A stretch of DNA of 64,000 bases from an uncultured Candidatus Entotheonella sp. (GTDB lineage Bacteria > Tectomicrobia > Entotheonellia > Entotheonellales > Entotheonellaceae), in the NCBI GenBank assembly GCA_965215335.1, contig CBDCDA010000001.1, positions 1,760,001 to 1,824,000 of the forward strand. Reading direction: 5' to 3'. The number at the start of each line of letters is the position of its first letter. Position 1 is the first letter of the stretch. Below, one piece after another: positions 51,239 to 61,428 of the stretch. The position numbers and the translations under genes are program-made. The notes under the pieces are model-generated. The model saw only the letters and a program-made list of their open reading frames with translations, ran no database searches and was not told where the DNA came from.

Positions 51239-52236
51239 GTCGCCTTCAGTTGAAGTGCCAATCGCTGTACCAGCGTGTCCAGACCGGCGCCGGTAACAGC
51301 CGAAATCGGCACCACCTCCAGGCCCTGGACAGCGAACAGCCGCTGTAGGTCCGGCAGGCGCTGCTGCGCCTCCGGCAGGTCCATCTTCGACGCCACGACG
51401 ATCTGCGGGCGCTGGGCCAAGTCCGGTCTGAAACAGGCCAGTTCGTGATTAATCGCCGTGAAATCCGACCACGGCGTTCTGCCGTCCTCTTGCGTGCCCA
51501 GGTCAAGCAAGTGCACCAGCACACGGCTGCGGTCGATGTGTCTGAGAAATCCGAGGCCCAGCCCCTTGCCCTTGTGGGCGCCGGGGACCAGGCCGGGGAT
51601 GTCCGCCATCACGCACGACGCATAATCGGGCAGGGCCACCACGCCGAGATTGGGCGCCAAGGTGGTGAACGGGTAGGGAGCGATTTTGGGGGTGGCGGCC
51701 GACAGGCGGGAGATCAGGGTTGATTTGCCGGCGTTGGGAAAGCCGAGCAGTCCGACGTCAGCCAGCAGCTTCAGCTCGACGCGCAGCCAGCGCGACTCGC
51801 CCAACGTGCCTTGGGTGGTTTGCCGCGGCGCCCGGTTCGTCGAGGTGGCGAAGCTGGCGTTGCCGCGTCCGCCTCTGCCGCCGTGCGCCGCAATGAAGCG
51901 GTCGCCCTGCGACTGGAAATCCCACAGCACCACCTCGCTTTCCGCATCGCGGCAGATGGTGCCGAGAGGAACGCGTATGACACAGTCGTCGCCGCGCCGG
52001 CCGTGCATGTCCTTGCCCTTGCCGTGCCGACCTCGCGCCGCCATGTTGCAGGTCCGATAGCGCAAATCCAGAAGAGTGTGCAGCGCCGTCTCGCCCTGCA
52101 TGATGACGTGACCGCCGTCGCCGCCGTCGCCGCCGTCTGGCCCGCCGCGCGGCACGAACTTCTCACGGCGGAAACTCATGCAGCCGTTTCCACCCTTGCC
52201 GCCACGCACGAGAATTTTGGCTTCGTCAACGAACAT
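51235..52236 (-). CDS. obgE: GTPase ObgE/CgtA
   Basis: MFVDE, GGPDGGDGG, GFPNAGKST, YPFTT, DIPG. Confidence 0.96.
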   Translation of the reverse strand: MFVDEAKILVRGGKGGNGCMSFRREKFVPRGGPDGGDGGDGGHVIMQGETALHTLLDLRYRTCNMAARGRHGKGKDMHGRRGDDCVIRVPLGTICRDAESEVVLWDFQSQGDRFIAAHGGRGGRGNASFATSTNRAPRQTTQGTLGESRWLRVELKLLADVGLLGFPNAGKSTLISRLSAATPKIAPYPFTTLAPNLGVVALPDYASCVMADIPGLVPGAHKGKGLGLGFLRHIDRSRVLVHLLDLGTQEDGRTPWSDFTAINHELACFRPDLAQRPQIVVASKMDLPEAQQRLPDLQRLFAVQGLEVVPISAVTGAGLDTLVQRLALQLKAT

Positions 52237-52343
52237 GAACCGTCGGCATCCTCGTCTTGCAAGGGGCTTGCAGAAAGGCCCCCGCCGGGCCGGGAGAGCA
52301 CCAGCCGGAACGACTGGACGGCGGTGAAGAGTGGAAGGGGAAG

Positions 52344-52601
52344 TTAAGATGCCGCCTGCACGTGGATGCGGCGGTTCTTCTTGCCTTTGTTGGTGAACTC
52401 GACGACACCGTCGATCTTGGCGAAGAGGGTGTAATCGCTGCCTACGCCGACGTTGATACCGGGCTTGAAGGTGGTGCCGCGCTGCCGCACCAGGATACTG
52501 CCAGCCGTCACCGTCTGGCCGGCGAAACGCTTGACGCCCAAGCGCTTGCCGATGCTGTCGCGTCCGTTCGTCGAACTGCCCTGCCCTTTCTTGTGTGCCA
52601 T
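52344..52601 (-). CDS. rpmA: 50S ribosomal protein L27
   Basis: [21 protein letters not shown]. Confidence 0.98.
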   Translation of the reverse strand: MAHKKGQGSSTNGRDSIGKRLGVKRFAGQTVTAGSILVRQRGTTFKPGINVGVGSDYTLFAKIDGVVEFTNKGKKNRRIHVQAAS

Positions 52602-52625
52602 GATTGCGGACTCCTGTGTGACGCC

Positions 52626-53069
52626 TTATTCCGCCGGGGTTTCGGCGGCTGTCTTCTCGGGGGCTGCGTCGGCTTCTGCGCACACCGGGGATTCGCCATG
52701 CGACGGCTCCGGTGCAACGGCCGCCTCGGCCGGCGCCTCGTCCTGCGGTGCCGCCGTGGGATGAATGCCGGTGATCTTCAGGGCGGTCAGGCTCTGCCGG
52801 TGACCCTGTTTGCGACGGTAACCTTTGCGGCGCTTGTGCTTGAAGACGATGATTTTCTTGCCTCGCTTCTGGGCAACGATCTGCGCCTCGACCCACGCGT
52901 CGTCCAGCCTCGGGGTGCCGACCGACACGGCCTGCCCCTCGCCGCCAATCATCATGACGTGGTCCAGAGCGATCGTCTGGCCGACCTCGCCGGTGAGTTT
53001 TTCCACCTCGACCCTGTCGCCCGGGCTAACCCGATATTGCTTGCCACCTGTTGCGACGACTGCGTACAT
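52626..53069 (-). CDS. rplU: 50S ribosomal protein L21 with acidic C-terminal extension
   Basis: MYAVVATGGKQY, KRRKGYRRKQGHRQ; start ATG 53069 after GAGGT. Confidence 0.97.
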   Translation of the reverse strand: MYAVVATGGKQYRVSPGDRVEVEKLTGEVGQTIALDHVMMIGGEGQAVSVGTPRLDDAWVEAQIVAQKRGKKIIVFKHKRRKGYRRKQGHRQSLTALKITGIHPTAAPQDEAPAEAAVAPEPSHGESPVCAEADAAPEKTAAETPAE

Positions 53070-53200
53070 AACGTCCATACCTCATGCTCAAAAACACCCT
53101 GGTCAAAATCGTCCGGTCTGTCCATTTTCCTGACAATATGAGGCCCGGACGGGCCTCTGTCGCGTCACCAACGCGCCGTCCGGCCCGTCAAAGGGTGCGA

Positions 53201-53229
53201 ATGATATCGGAGGGTCAGGCGCGTGTCAA
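53201..53229 (-). promoter_or_regulatory. sigma-70 promoter of rplU-rpmA-obgE-proB-rsfS
   Basis: TTGACA-N17-TATCAT. Confidence 0.82.
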
Positions 53230-53333
53230 TTCAGCCGCACGGAATCCACCGCCAGCGCCACATCGACCACTTCCGCCGCCCCCGCGACGTTGATCCACAA
53301 CAAAGCCCCCAGCGCCAGCGTGAGAATTGTCAT
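53226..53333 (-). CDS. 35-aa small protein with signal-peptide-like N-terminus
   Basis: AAAGGAG RBS 8 nt before ATG; MTILTLALGALLWINVAGAAEVVDVALAVDSVRLN*. Confidence 0.5.
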   Translation of the reverse strand: MTILTLALGALLWINVAGAAEVVDVALAVDSVRLN

Positions 53334-53731
53334 CTGGTGTTCTCCTTTGGAGACATCCCGGTTAAACATCCTGTTCGTCATGTCAGGGCTTCGCATAGCC
53401 AGGCGACTCGTGTGATAGTATGAACTACCCGACGCTAAAGACGCTAAAACCGAGCAAGAATAGCACGAGCGGCCGCGGTTGGCAGCCCGGTCACGATTTG
53501 ACGGTGGCGCCGCGGAAAATCCATCTACGTCAAGAGACGGTCTTGGACGTCACGACACACTTGTCTGTCCACAGGGTGGTATCGTGGCTATCATCCGGCG
53601 CGTGCGGGAAGCAGGCTGGGATCGCCTATGCGTTTGACGCACGGCTGGCGGCGTTTTGCCCGTTGTTCCGTGAGACGGCATGCGATAAGGTTTCAAACAT
53701 GGGTCGGCCCCACGCCAGAAAGGCAGGCAGA

Positions 53732-54391
53732 ATGCGACACTTTGGATGGCTGATCGCCGCGTTGCTCGCATGCCATCCGGCCACCGACGGGCTGTACGCC
53801 GCCATCCTGGCAGTGGATGGCCCGCCGAGCTCGCGCGGCGAGGCGGCGGCAATCATTACGGCGCCGGCATCGGTGCACGACGACGCGTTTTTCGCCGATG
53901 CCATGCGGGGCTTCGACGAGCGGCAGGGCGTGGTGCTGCGCAGGCGTCTGCTGGTGGACGGCGGCGCCATCGCGGCAGGCACGGCGGTGGACAGCCATCT
54001 GATCTTTCTGAGCCCCTACCCGGATCACCCTGCGCGCCACGCGGCGGTGTCGTGGCGCTTCAGCGGCCCGGTGCTAGGGGTCATGTCAGACACCCACTGC
54101 GAGTTGCACATGCGGTCTGACGAGCTGCTGGGCAACCCTGGCACCCACTATCCGGGCCGTTCGGTTTTCCGCGGCATGGAACGCCGCCTGGGGGACCATT
54201 ACCAGATCGTCGCCGAGACCATCACGGTTACCATGACCGTGCCGCAGATTGGCGACTGGATTCGCGTGATCACGGCGGCCGGTTATCCCGCCGCGCACTC
54301 GGGAAAGGACGACTATGGATTTTACGGTACGGAAGCTGACACCCAGCGTCGGCGCGGAAATCAGTGGCCTCGACCTTCGCCAGCCGCTTGA
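53732..54391 (+). CDS. putative secreted hypothetical protein
   Basis: Signal-like MRHFGWLIAALLA; FDERQ, VDSHLIF, DWIRVIT motifs; tail overlaps the TauD gene by 77 nt. Confidence 0.55.
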   Translation: MRHFGWLIAALLACHPATDGLYAAILAVDGPPSSRGEAAAIITAPASVHDDAFFADAMRGFDERQGVVLRRRLLVDGGAIAAGTAVDSHLIFLSPYPDHPARHAAVSWRFSGPVLGVMSDTHCELHMRSDELLGNPGTHYPGRSVFRGMERRLGDHYQIVAETITVTMTVPQIGDWIRVITAAGYPAAHSGKDDYGFYGTEADTQRRRGNQWPRPSPAA

Positions 54392-55175
54392 CCCGGACAC
54401 CATGGCCGAGGTGCGCAAGGTATGGCTGGCCAATGTGGTGGTGGTATTTCCCGAGCAGCCCATCGACGATGAGCAGCAGATCGCCTTCAGCCGCCAAGTG
54501 GGGGATCTGGAACTCATCAACATGTCCGCCCTGCAAATGCCCGGCAGGCCGGAGATATACACGGCCACCAACCTGGACGAAAACGATGAGTTCATGCCGC
54601 CCGATCATCCCGTCATGCAGGTGAATCACGACAATCGCAAATGGCACTCGGACAGCTCATTCAAGCGTGTGCCGGCCATGGCGTCGTTGTTGCATGCCCG
54701 CATCGTGCCGCCGGTCGGCGGCGACACGGCGTTCGCCAACATGGCCGCCGCCTATGAGGCATTGTCGGACGACACGAAGGCGAAACTCGAGGGGCTGGTA
54801 GCGGTGCACAACTTCTACTGGTCACGACGCGACGTCCAGGTGACGGCATTCACGCAGGAAGAAACCAACGCGCTGCCGCCGGTGCGGCATCCGGTGGTGT
54901 GGCGACACCCGGAAACCGGGCGCCCGGCCCTGTACGTGGGCTCGCACACCGAATCCATCGAGGGGATGGCGTGGAACGCGGGGCGGGAGCTGATCGACGG
55001 CCTCATCCAGCACGCCACGCAGCCCCGGTTTGTGCATCAGCACGCCTGGCGCGTCGGCGACCTGGTGTGGTGGGACAACCGCGCCGCCCTGCACTGCGGC
55101 ATGCCATTCGACATCGCCCGGCACAAGCGGCGCATGCATCGCACGACGGTCGCCGGCACCGGGCCGACCCTGTAA
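54315..55175 (+). CDS. TauD/TfdA family Fe(II)/2-oxoglutarate dioxygenase
   Basis: GAEISG.DL, WHSD (HxD), GGDTAF, HP, WDNR..LH, MHR. Confidence 0.93.
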   Translation: MDFTVRKLTPSVGAEISGLDLRQPLDPDTMAEVRKVWLANVVVVFPEQPIDDEQQIAFSRQVGDLELINMSALQMPGRPEIYTATNLDENDEFMPPDHPVMQVNHDNRKWHSDSSFKRVPAMASLLHARIVPPVGGDTAFANMAAAYEALSDDTKAKLEGLVAVHNFYWSRRDVQVTAFTQEETNALPPVRHPVVWRHPETGRPALYVGSHTESIEGMAWNAGRELIDGLIQHATQPRFVHQHAWRVGDLVWWDNRAALHCGMPFDIARHKRRMHRTTVAGTGPTL

Positions 55176-55904
55176 CTACGCCGGCGTGTACTTCCCGAGG
55201 AAGCGTCCCACGGCCTGCATGGCCGCGGCGTGGTGCTCGGGCTCCTTCCACTTCTCCACGTAGGTGGAGTTGGGCGCCAGGGCGTGCACGTCCTTGGACG
55301 AAATCCCGGGGTGATGCAGGTCGTTCCCCGGCATCACCAGCAGCGGCGTCTGGCAGGCGCTCACGAAATCCCGCGAGGCGTTGAAGAGGAAATCCCCGCT
55401 GTACATGGATGTCTTGAACGCTTCCCAGGCGTCCGCACTCACCTCCGGGCGATTCGGCTTCAGGTCGTTCGCCCAGCTGTCGAACATGTCGAAGAAGGCT
55501 TGCCGGTTGTTGTCCAGGCCAATCGTCTGAAACAATACGGCTGAAGCCACTCGCTCCGGCGCTTCCCGGATCAATCCCATGATGTAGGGCCCGCCGATAC
55601 ACATGCCGATGACGTGAAAACGCTCGACGCCCAGGTGGTCGAGCAGGGCGAGTTGGTCCTGCGTGTACACGTGCCAGCTATCGTCGGCGCTGACCGGGGC
55701 CACCGAACTGCCGGCGTTGCGCTGATCCATGGCGATGACCCGGTAATTCGGCGACAGATGCGTAATCGGGTTCCACGGCGTCGTTTCCCAATACGACACC
55801 GCCGAGCGCATGCCGCCGGGGGCGATCAGCAGCACCGGGAAGCCGGCGCCGTGCGTTTCGTAGTAAAGCTTGATGGCGTCACGTTCGAAGAACGACATTT
55901 TCAT
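55176..55904 (-). CDS. alpha/beta hydrolase
   Basis: PVLLIAPGG, MDQRNAG, GMCIGG (Cys at the nucleophile elbow), D..H. Confidence 0.88.
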   Translation of the reverse strand: MKMSFFERDAIKLYYETHGAGFPVLLIAPGGMRSAVSYWETTPWNPITHLSPNYRVIAMDQRNAGSSVAPVSADDSWHVYTQDQLALLDHLGVERFHVIGMCIGGPYIMGLIREAPERVASAVLFQTIGLDNNRQAFFDMFDSWANDLKPNRPEVSADAWEAFKTSMYSGDFLFNASRDFVSACQTPLLVMPGNDLHHPGISSKDVHALAPNSTYVEKWKEPEHHAAAMQAVGRFLGKYTPA

Positions 55905-55961
55905 CCCCCATGTGAATGCAGGCCGGATTCGCGCAGCGTAATCCGACATTTCCGCTTGCTG

Positions 55962-56393
55962 TCAAACCCGCTCCAGCACAACGACCGGAATCTCCCGTTC
56001 GGTCTTGGTCTGATATTCGTTGTAAGGCGGCCAGATTTCGGCCATTCGGTTCCACAAGCCGGCGCGTTCGTCATCTGAAGCGGTGCGGGCGCGGGCCGCG
56101 AAGCGCTCGGCGCCCACTTGTACCTGTACGGCGGGGTCAGCGACGAGGTTGACGTACCAGCCGGGGTGCTGCGGGTGGCCGCCCTTCGAGGCCACGATCA
56201 CATGATGATCACCGTGGGTGCCATAGATGAGCGGCAGCATCAGCGATCTGCCGGTGCGGCGCCCGGTAGTGGTCAGCAGCAGCGTCGGCACGCCCCGCCA
56301 CACGTGTCCGTCCTCACCGTTGGTGGCGAGATATGTCTCCATGTGCTCGACCATCCAGTCGGCAAGTTGACGCGGCTGGTTCTCTTCGCTCAT
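55962..56393 (-). CDS. deazaflavin (F420)-dependent nitroreductase family protein
   Basis: LLLTTTGRRTG, VASKGG...P.WY.NL, YQTKTEREIP. Confidence 0.92.
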   Translation of the reverse strand: MSEENQPRQLADWMVEHMETYLATNGEDGHVWRGVPTLLLTTTGRRTGRSLMLPLIYGTHGDHHVIVASKGGHPQHPGWYVNLVADPAVQVQVGAERFAARARTASDDERAGLWNRMAEIWPPYNEYQTKTEREIPVVVLERV

Positions 56394-56573
56394 GACCTTT
56401 TACCCCCTTTCGCATGAGATGGCTGGCGGCGGTGCGCCGCCGGATGAGGACCACAGCATAGGCACATCAGAGGGCCATTTCAAGCGCGCCAGGGCCGGTT
56501 GACCGGCTCGCGGGACAAACGTAGCATGCGGCGATATTCGCGCCGTGGGGAACACGGAAGGGGCAGGGCAGGC

Positions 56574-57731
56574 ATGAACCAAACCATCGGGAAGGGGGGT
56601 CGCAAGTTGCAAGTCGTCGTTGTCGGAGCGGGAATTCTGGGCGCCTCGATCGCTTATCACCTCACCCTGCATGGCGTGCGGGTGACGATTGTCGATGCCA
56701 ACCAGCCCGGTGAAGGGGCAACGCGCGTGGCGTTCGCGTGGCTGAACGCCTACGGCAAGACGCCGTTTTCGTATCATGATCTCAACCGCCGGTCGATCGA
56801 CATGTGGGCTGGCTTCGCGCGTCGTCTGGGTATCGACGTCACCTGGGGCGGCGAGTTGCGCTGGGCGGCGACGGCAGACGGCGCCGCGGCGTTGGCCGCC
56901 CAGGCGGAAGTGATGCGAGCGTGGGGCTATCCGACGCGCATTCTGGAGGCCGTCGAGGTGCGACAGTTGGAGCCGGATTTGCAATTCGATGGGTTTGCCG
57001 CCGCCTCGTACACCTACAGCGACGGGCACGTCGATACCGCCGCGGTGGTACGGGCGTGCCTGGCGATAGCGCGTGAACGGGGCGCGGTGGTGCGTGCGGG
57101 GTCGGCGGTGACGGCTGTAGAGATCGACCGTGGCCATGCGGGCGCAGCGCGGGCCGCAGGAGTGCGCGTCGGCAAGGAGGCGATGCCCTGCGACGTCGTC
57201 GTGCTGGCCGGCGGGGCGGACATGCCGGCGCTGGCGGAAATGACCGGCATACAGGTGCCGCACTACCACACCTTCGGAGCCACATTGCTGACACGGCCGC
57301 TGCCACCGCTGTTCAAGAACATCGCCGTGCTGCACTCGCCGCGCGAACGCCAGCCCTTGATCAACGTGCGCCAGTTGCCCAACGGCGCGGTCATGGTGCA
57401 AAGCGGTGCGCCGGACAACACCCGGGAAGGCGACCGCGGCGCCACGGACGCGGAGGCGGTGCAGATTGCCGCGGACGCGAAGGCCGTGCTGCCGGTGCTG
57501 CGGGACGTCGAGGTCGCCGAGGTTCGGCGGGGCCGGCGGCCGATTCCGAAGGACGGCAGGTCCATCGTCGGATTCGCGCCGGAGGTGGCCAACGTGTACG
57601 TCGCCACCACCCACAGCGGGGTGACGCTGACGCCGTTGATCGGCGCCTTGGCGGCGATTGAAATCGCGCACGGGGCGCGGGTGGAGGTGCTGGCGCCGTT
57701 TCGGCCCGAGCGGTTCGGAAACTCGGTGTGA
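56574..57731 (+). CDS. FAD-dependent oxidoreductase (DAO family)
   Basis: VVGAGILG, RPIP.DG..IVG, THSGVTL. Confidence 0.9.
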   Translation: MNQTIGKGGRKLQVVVVGAGILGASIAYHLTLHGVRVTIVDANQPGEGATRVAFAWLNAYGKTPFSYHDLNRRSIDMWAGFARRLGIDVTWGGELRWAATADGAAALAAQAEVMRAWGYPTRILEAVEVRQLEPDLQFDGFAAASYTYSDGHVDTAAVVRACLAIARERGAVVRAGSAVTAVEIDRGHAGAARAAGVRVGKEAMPCDVVVLAGGADMPALAEMTGIQVPHYHTFGATLLTRPLPPLFKNIAVLHSPRERQPLINVRQLPNGAVMVQSGAPDNTREGDRGATDAEAVQIAADAKAVLPVLRDVEVAEVRRGRRPIPKDGRSIVGFAPEVANVYVATTHSGVTLTPLIGALAAIEIAHGARVEVLAPFRPERFGNSV

Positions 57732-57819
57732 CACCCGTCTGGACCTGATCGTCCGAGGCGCTTATACTGGCAGCCCTCTTTCAGCCTCCCAAACCGCTCC
57801 GGACGGAGAACCCCCTTCC

Positions 57820-60800
57820 ATGCACTTTGAATCGCGACTCTGGGCCTTCACCGAAGGACTGCGGCTGCGCATCGTGTACGCCGTGGTCATCGGGCTGGCG
57901 GCGACGGCGTTCGGCATTGCGCGGCTGGCGCTGTTGGGCTGGCTCATCGGGCGCCTCTGGCTGGCAAGCGTTGAGGGCGACGGATTCGGCGACCTGTTGC
58001 TGCCGCTGGTGGCGGTGGGGCTGGTAATCGTGCTGCGCGGAGCGCTGGAGCACTGGCGAGCCATCGTGGCGCACGAGACCGCCGCCAGGGTGCAGTTGCA
58101 CCTGCGCCGCCTCCTGTTCGCCAAGGTGACCGAGCTCGGCCCCGGCTACGTCGCCCAGCAGCGGTCCGGCGACGTCACGCTGTCGCTGGTTGATGGCGTG
58201 GAACAACTCGAGGTGTATTTCGGCCAGTACCTGCCCCAGCTCACGGTATCGCTGCTGACGCCGCTGCTGATTTTTGCCTGCATCGCCTGGCTCGATCTGG
58301 TCGTCGCCGCGGTGGTGCTGGTCTTTGCCCTGATCGCCCTGTTCGCACCCGCGGTGTGGCACCATCTCGACTCTCGCAAATCTATCGAGCGCCGCCGCGC
58401 CTATGGCGCCTTCGCCGCCGAGCTGCTCGATTCCATCCAGGGGCTCGCGACCCTCAAAGCCTTCGGGCAGAGCGAGCCCAGAGCCGACACCCTGGCGGTG
58501 CGGGCGCGCGAGCTGTTCCGTTCGACCATGTGGGTGCTGGCGACCAATTCCCTGGGCCGCGGCGTCACCGACAGTTCCATCGCCGTGGGAGCCGCAACGG
58601 CGCTCGGCGTCGGCGCGTTTCGCGTCGCCGCCGGCGACATGGAATTGTCGGCCTTGCTGATTATTCTGATGCTTGGTGTCGAGGTCTACCGCCCCATGCG
58701 CGATCTGCGAACCGTCTTGCACCAGGGCATGAACGGCCTGTCCGCGGCGCAGGGCATCTACCGGCTGCTGGACGGTGTGCCGCAGGTGCGTGACGCCGAG
58801 GCAACCGGCGCCCCCGCATCCTTGTCGCCCGACATCGTGTTCGACAACGTGACCTTCCGATACCCCGGCGCCCAGCGCACCACGCACCGCAACCTGAGCT
58901 TCACGGTGTCAGCGGGCGAACGCGTTGGCATCGTGGGGCCGAGCGGCTGCGGCAAGTCTTCCATCGTGCGCCTGCTTCTGCGCTTCTACGCCCCCGACGC
59001 TGGCGACATCCGTATTGGTGGCTACCGCCTGCGAGACCTGCCGTTCGCCGCCATCCGCAGCCAGGTCGCCGTGGTGTCGCAGGACACCTATCTGTTCCAC
59101 GGCAACATCGAAGACAACATCCGCATGGGACGACCGGACGCCTCGCATGACGAGATCGTGGCTGCTGCCAGCGCCGCCAACATCCACGGCTTCGTCGGCT
59201 CGTTGCCCGATGGCTACCAGACCCTGATCGGCGAAAAGGGCATCAAGCTCAGCGGCGGGCAGCGGCAGCGGGTGGCCATCGCCCGCGCTTTGCTGCGCGA
59301 CGCGCCGATCCTGGTGCTCGACGAGGCGCTGTCGGCGGTGGATGCCGAAAACGAGGCCGTCATTCAGAACGCCCTCGACCGCCTGATGCGCGACCGTACG
59401 GTGCTCATCCTGGCGCACCGGCTGTCGAGCGTCATTGACTGCGACCGCATCCTCGCCCTGGACGACGGCCACATCGTGGAGAGCGGCGACCACGCCGCCC
59501 TGATGGCCGCCGGCAACGTGTATCATCGCCTGATGGCGGAGCAGGTGCGGGATACCGACGCCTATCACGGCAACGGCCACGTCAACGGGGCCGGCCGCAA
59601 GCCGACCGAGGACGTCACCATGCCGATCGACGCCACCAATCCGCTGGACCGCCCGACCGAGGGCATTCTGAAGGCCGAGGGTATGGCGTGGCCCGAGGTG
59701 GTGGGCGAGTTGCTGCGGCTCATCGTGCCGTGGAAGGGCAAGCTGACGCTCACCTTCCTGTTCGGCGTCTTGCGGGTGGTCGGCTTCATCGGCGTCGGGG
59801 TGCTGAGCGCCCTGGTCATTCTGGCGCTGAAGACGGGCCAGCCGTTCAGCGGCTACCTGTGGGCGCTGGCCGCGGTGGCGCCGCTCGCCGGCGTGCTGCA
59901 CTGGCTGGAAAGCTGGATGGCGCACGACATGGCCTTCCGCCTGCTCGCCGAGATGCGGATCGATTTCTTTCGCAAGCTGGACCAGCTGGCGCCCGCTTAT
60001 CTGGTACGGCGGCGCACCGGCGACCTGATGGGCGTCGCCACCCAAGACATCGAACTGATCGAGTACTTTTTCGCCCACACCATTGCCCCCGCCTGCCTGG
60101 CCATCCTGGCCCCCGGCGTGGTGCTGCTGGTGCTGACCTGGCACAGCCCGTGGCTGGCGCTCACCCTGGCGCCGTTCCTGCTCATCGTCGCGCTGAGCCC
60201 GCTGGCCATGCGGCACCGGGTAGACGAACTCGGCTCCCGCGCCCGCGAGGCGGCGGGCGAGTTGAGCGCCCACGCGGTCGATACCGTACAGGGTCTGCAC
60301 GAGATCATCGCCTTCCAACACGAGCGTCGGCGCGGCGAGGAATTCCACGCCCTGGGCGAACGGCACATCCGCCTGCGGCTGCCTTTCTTCCGCCAACTGA
60401 CCCTGCAGCAGTCCCTGCTGGAGGTGATGACCGGCCTCGGCGGCTTGTCGATCGTCGCCGTCGGCGGGGTGCTGACGACCAACGGCTACGTAGAGGCCGG
60501 CGTGCTGCCGCTGTTGACCATCCTGTCGCTGTCGGCCTTTCTGCCGGTTTCGGAAATCGCCCAGATCGGCCGGCAACTGGCCGACACGCTGGGCTCCACC
60601 CGCCGTGTCTGCGCCATCCACGCCGAAGCGGTCACCGTGCGCGACGGCCCCGGCGTGGCGAGCGACCACCGGGCCGGCGAGGCATCCCTGGAACTGCAGG
60701 ACGTTTCGTTTGCCTATCCCGGCATGTCGCGCCTGGCGCTGTCGCACGTCGATTGCGTCATTCCTTCCGGACACACGGTGGCGCTCGTCGGCACGTCCGG

Positions 60801-61428
60801 CGCCGGCAAGACCACCGCGGCGCACCTGCTGATGCGCTTCTGGGACCCTCGCTCCGGGCGCGTTCTGCTCAACGGCATCGACCTGCGCGAGTACGCCCTG
60901 GGCGACGTTCGCTCGCGGGTCGCGCTGGTAGCGCAAGACACCTATCTGTTCAATGACACGCTACGCCGCAACATCATGATCGCGCACCCGGCGGCCAGCG
61001 AGGACGAGCTGCAGCGCGCCGTGCAATACGCCTCGCTTGACGACGTGGTGGCGGCCCTGCCCGACGGGCTGGAGAGCCGTGTCGGCGAGCGCGGCATGAG
61101 CCTGTCCGGCGGCCAGCGCCAGCGCGTGGCCATCGCCCGCGCCTTCCTGAAAGACGCGCCGATCCTCATCCTCGACGAAGCCACCTCGCACCTGGACGCC
61201 ATCAACGAGCGCGCCGTGCGCAACGCCCTCGACCGCCTCAAGACCGACCGCACCACGATTGTCATCGCCCACCGCCTATCAACGATCCGCAACGCCGACC
61301 TGATCATCGTTCTCGACGCCGGGCGGGTCGCCGAGACCGGCACGCACGACGGCCTGCTGGCCGCAGGCGGCCTGTACGCGCAACTCGTGCAGCATCAGCT
61401 TTCCGCCGCCCACGAAGTCGCTACGTAA
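57820..61428 (+). CDS. fused ABC exporter (TMD-NBD-TMD-NBD), CydDC-like
   Basis: Two Walker A (GPSGCGKS, GTSGAGKT), two LSGGQRQR, two TMDs; first Walker B region DEALS, second DEATS. Confidence 0.92.
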   Translation: MHFESRLWAFTEGLRLRIVYAVVIGLAATAFGIARLALLGWLIGRLWLASVEGDGFGDLLLPLVAVGLVIVLRGALEHWRAIVAHETAARVQLHLRRLLFAKVTELGPGYVAQQRSGDVTLSLVDGVEQLEVYFGQYLPQLTVSLLTPLLIFACIAWLDLVVAAVVLVFALIALFAPAVWHHLDSRKSIERRRAYGAFAAELLDSIQGLATLKAFGQSEPRADTLAVRARELFRSTMWVLATNSLGRGVTDSSIAVGAATALGVGAFRVAAGDMELSALLIILMLGVEVYRPMRDLRTVLHQGMNGLSAAQGIYRLLDGVPQVRDAEATGAPASLSPDIVFDNVTFRYPGAQRTTHRNLSFTVSAGERVGIVGPSGCGKSSIVRLLLRFYAPDAGDIRIGGYRLRDLPFAAIRSQVAVVSQDTYLFHGNIEDNIRMGRPDASHDEIVAAASAANIHGFVGSLPDGYQTLIGEKGIKLSGGQRQRVAIARALLRDAPILVLDEALSAVDAENEAVIQNALDRLMRDRTVLILAHRLSSVIDCDRILALDDGHIVESGDHAALMAAGNVYHRLMAEQVRDTDAYHGNGHVNGAGRKPTEDVTMPIDATNPLDRPTEGILKAEGMAWPEVVGELLRLIVPWKGKLTLTFLFGVLRVVGFIGVGVLSALVILALKTGQPFSGYLWALAAVAPLAGVLHWLESWMAHDMAFRLLAEMRIDFFRKLDQLAPAYLVRRRTGDLMGVATQDIELIEYFFAHTIAPACLAILAPGVVLLVLTWHSPWLALTLAPFLLIVALSPLAMRHRVDELGSRAREAAGELSAHAVDTVQGLHEIIAFQHERRRGEEFHALGERHIRLRLPFFRQLTLQQSLLEVMTGLGGLSIVAVGGVLTTNGYVEAGVLPLLTILSLSAFLPVSEIAQIGRQLADTLGSTRRVCAIHAEAVTVRDGPGVASDHRAGEASLELQDVSFAYPGMSRLALSHVDCVIPSGHTVALVGTSGAGKTTAAHLLMRFWDPRSGRVLLNGIDLREYALGDVRSRVALVAQDTYLFNDTLRRNIMIAHPAASEDELQRAVQYASLDDVVAALPDGLESRVGERGMSLSGGQRQRVAIARAFLKDAPILILDEATSHLDAINERAVRNALDRLKTDRTTIVIAHRLSTIRNADLIIVLDAGRVAETGTHDGLLAAGGLYAQLVQHQLSAAHEVAT

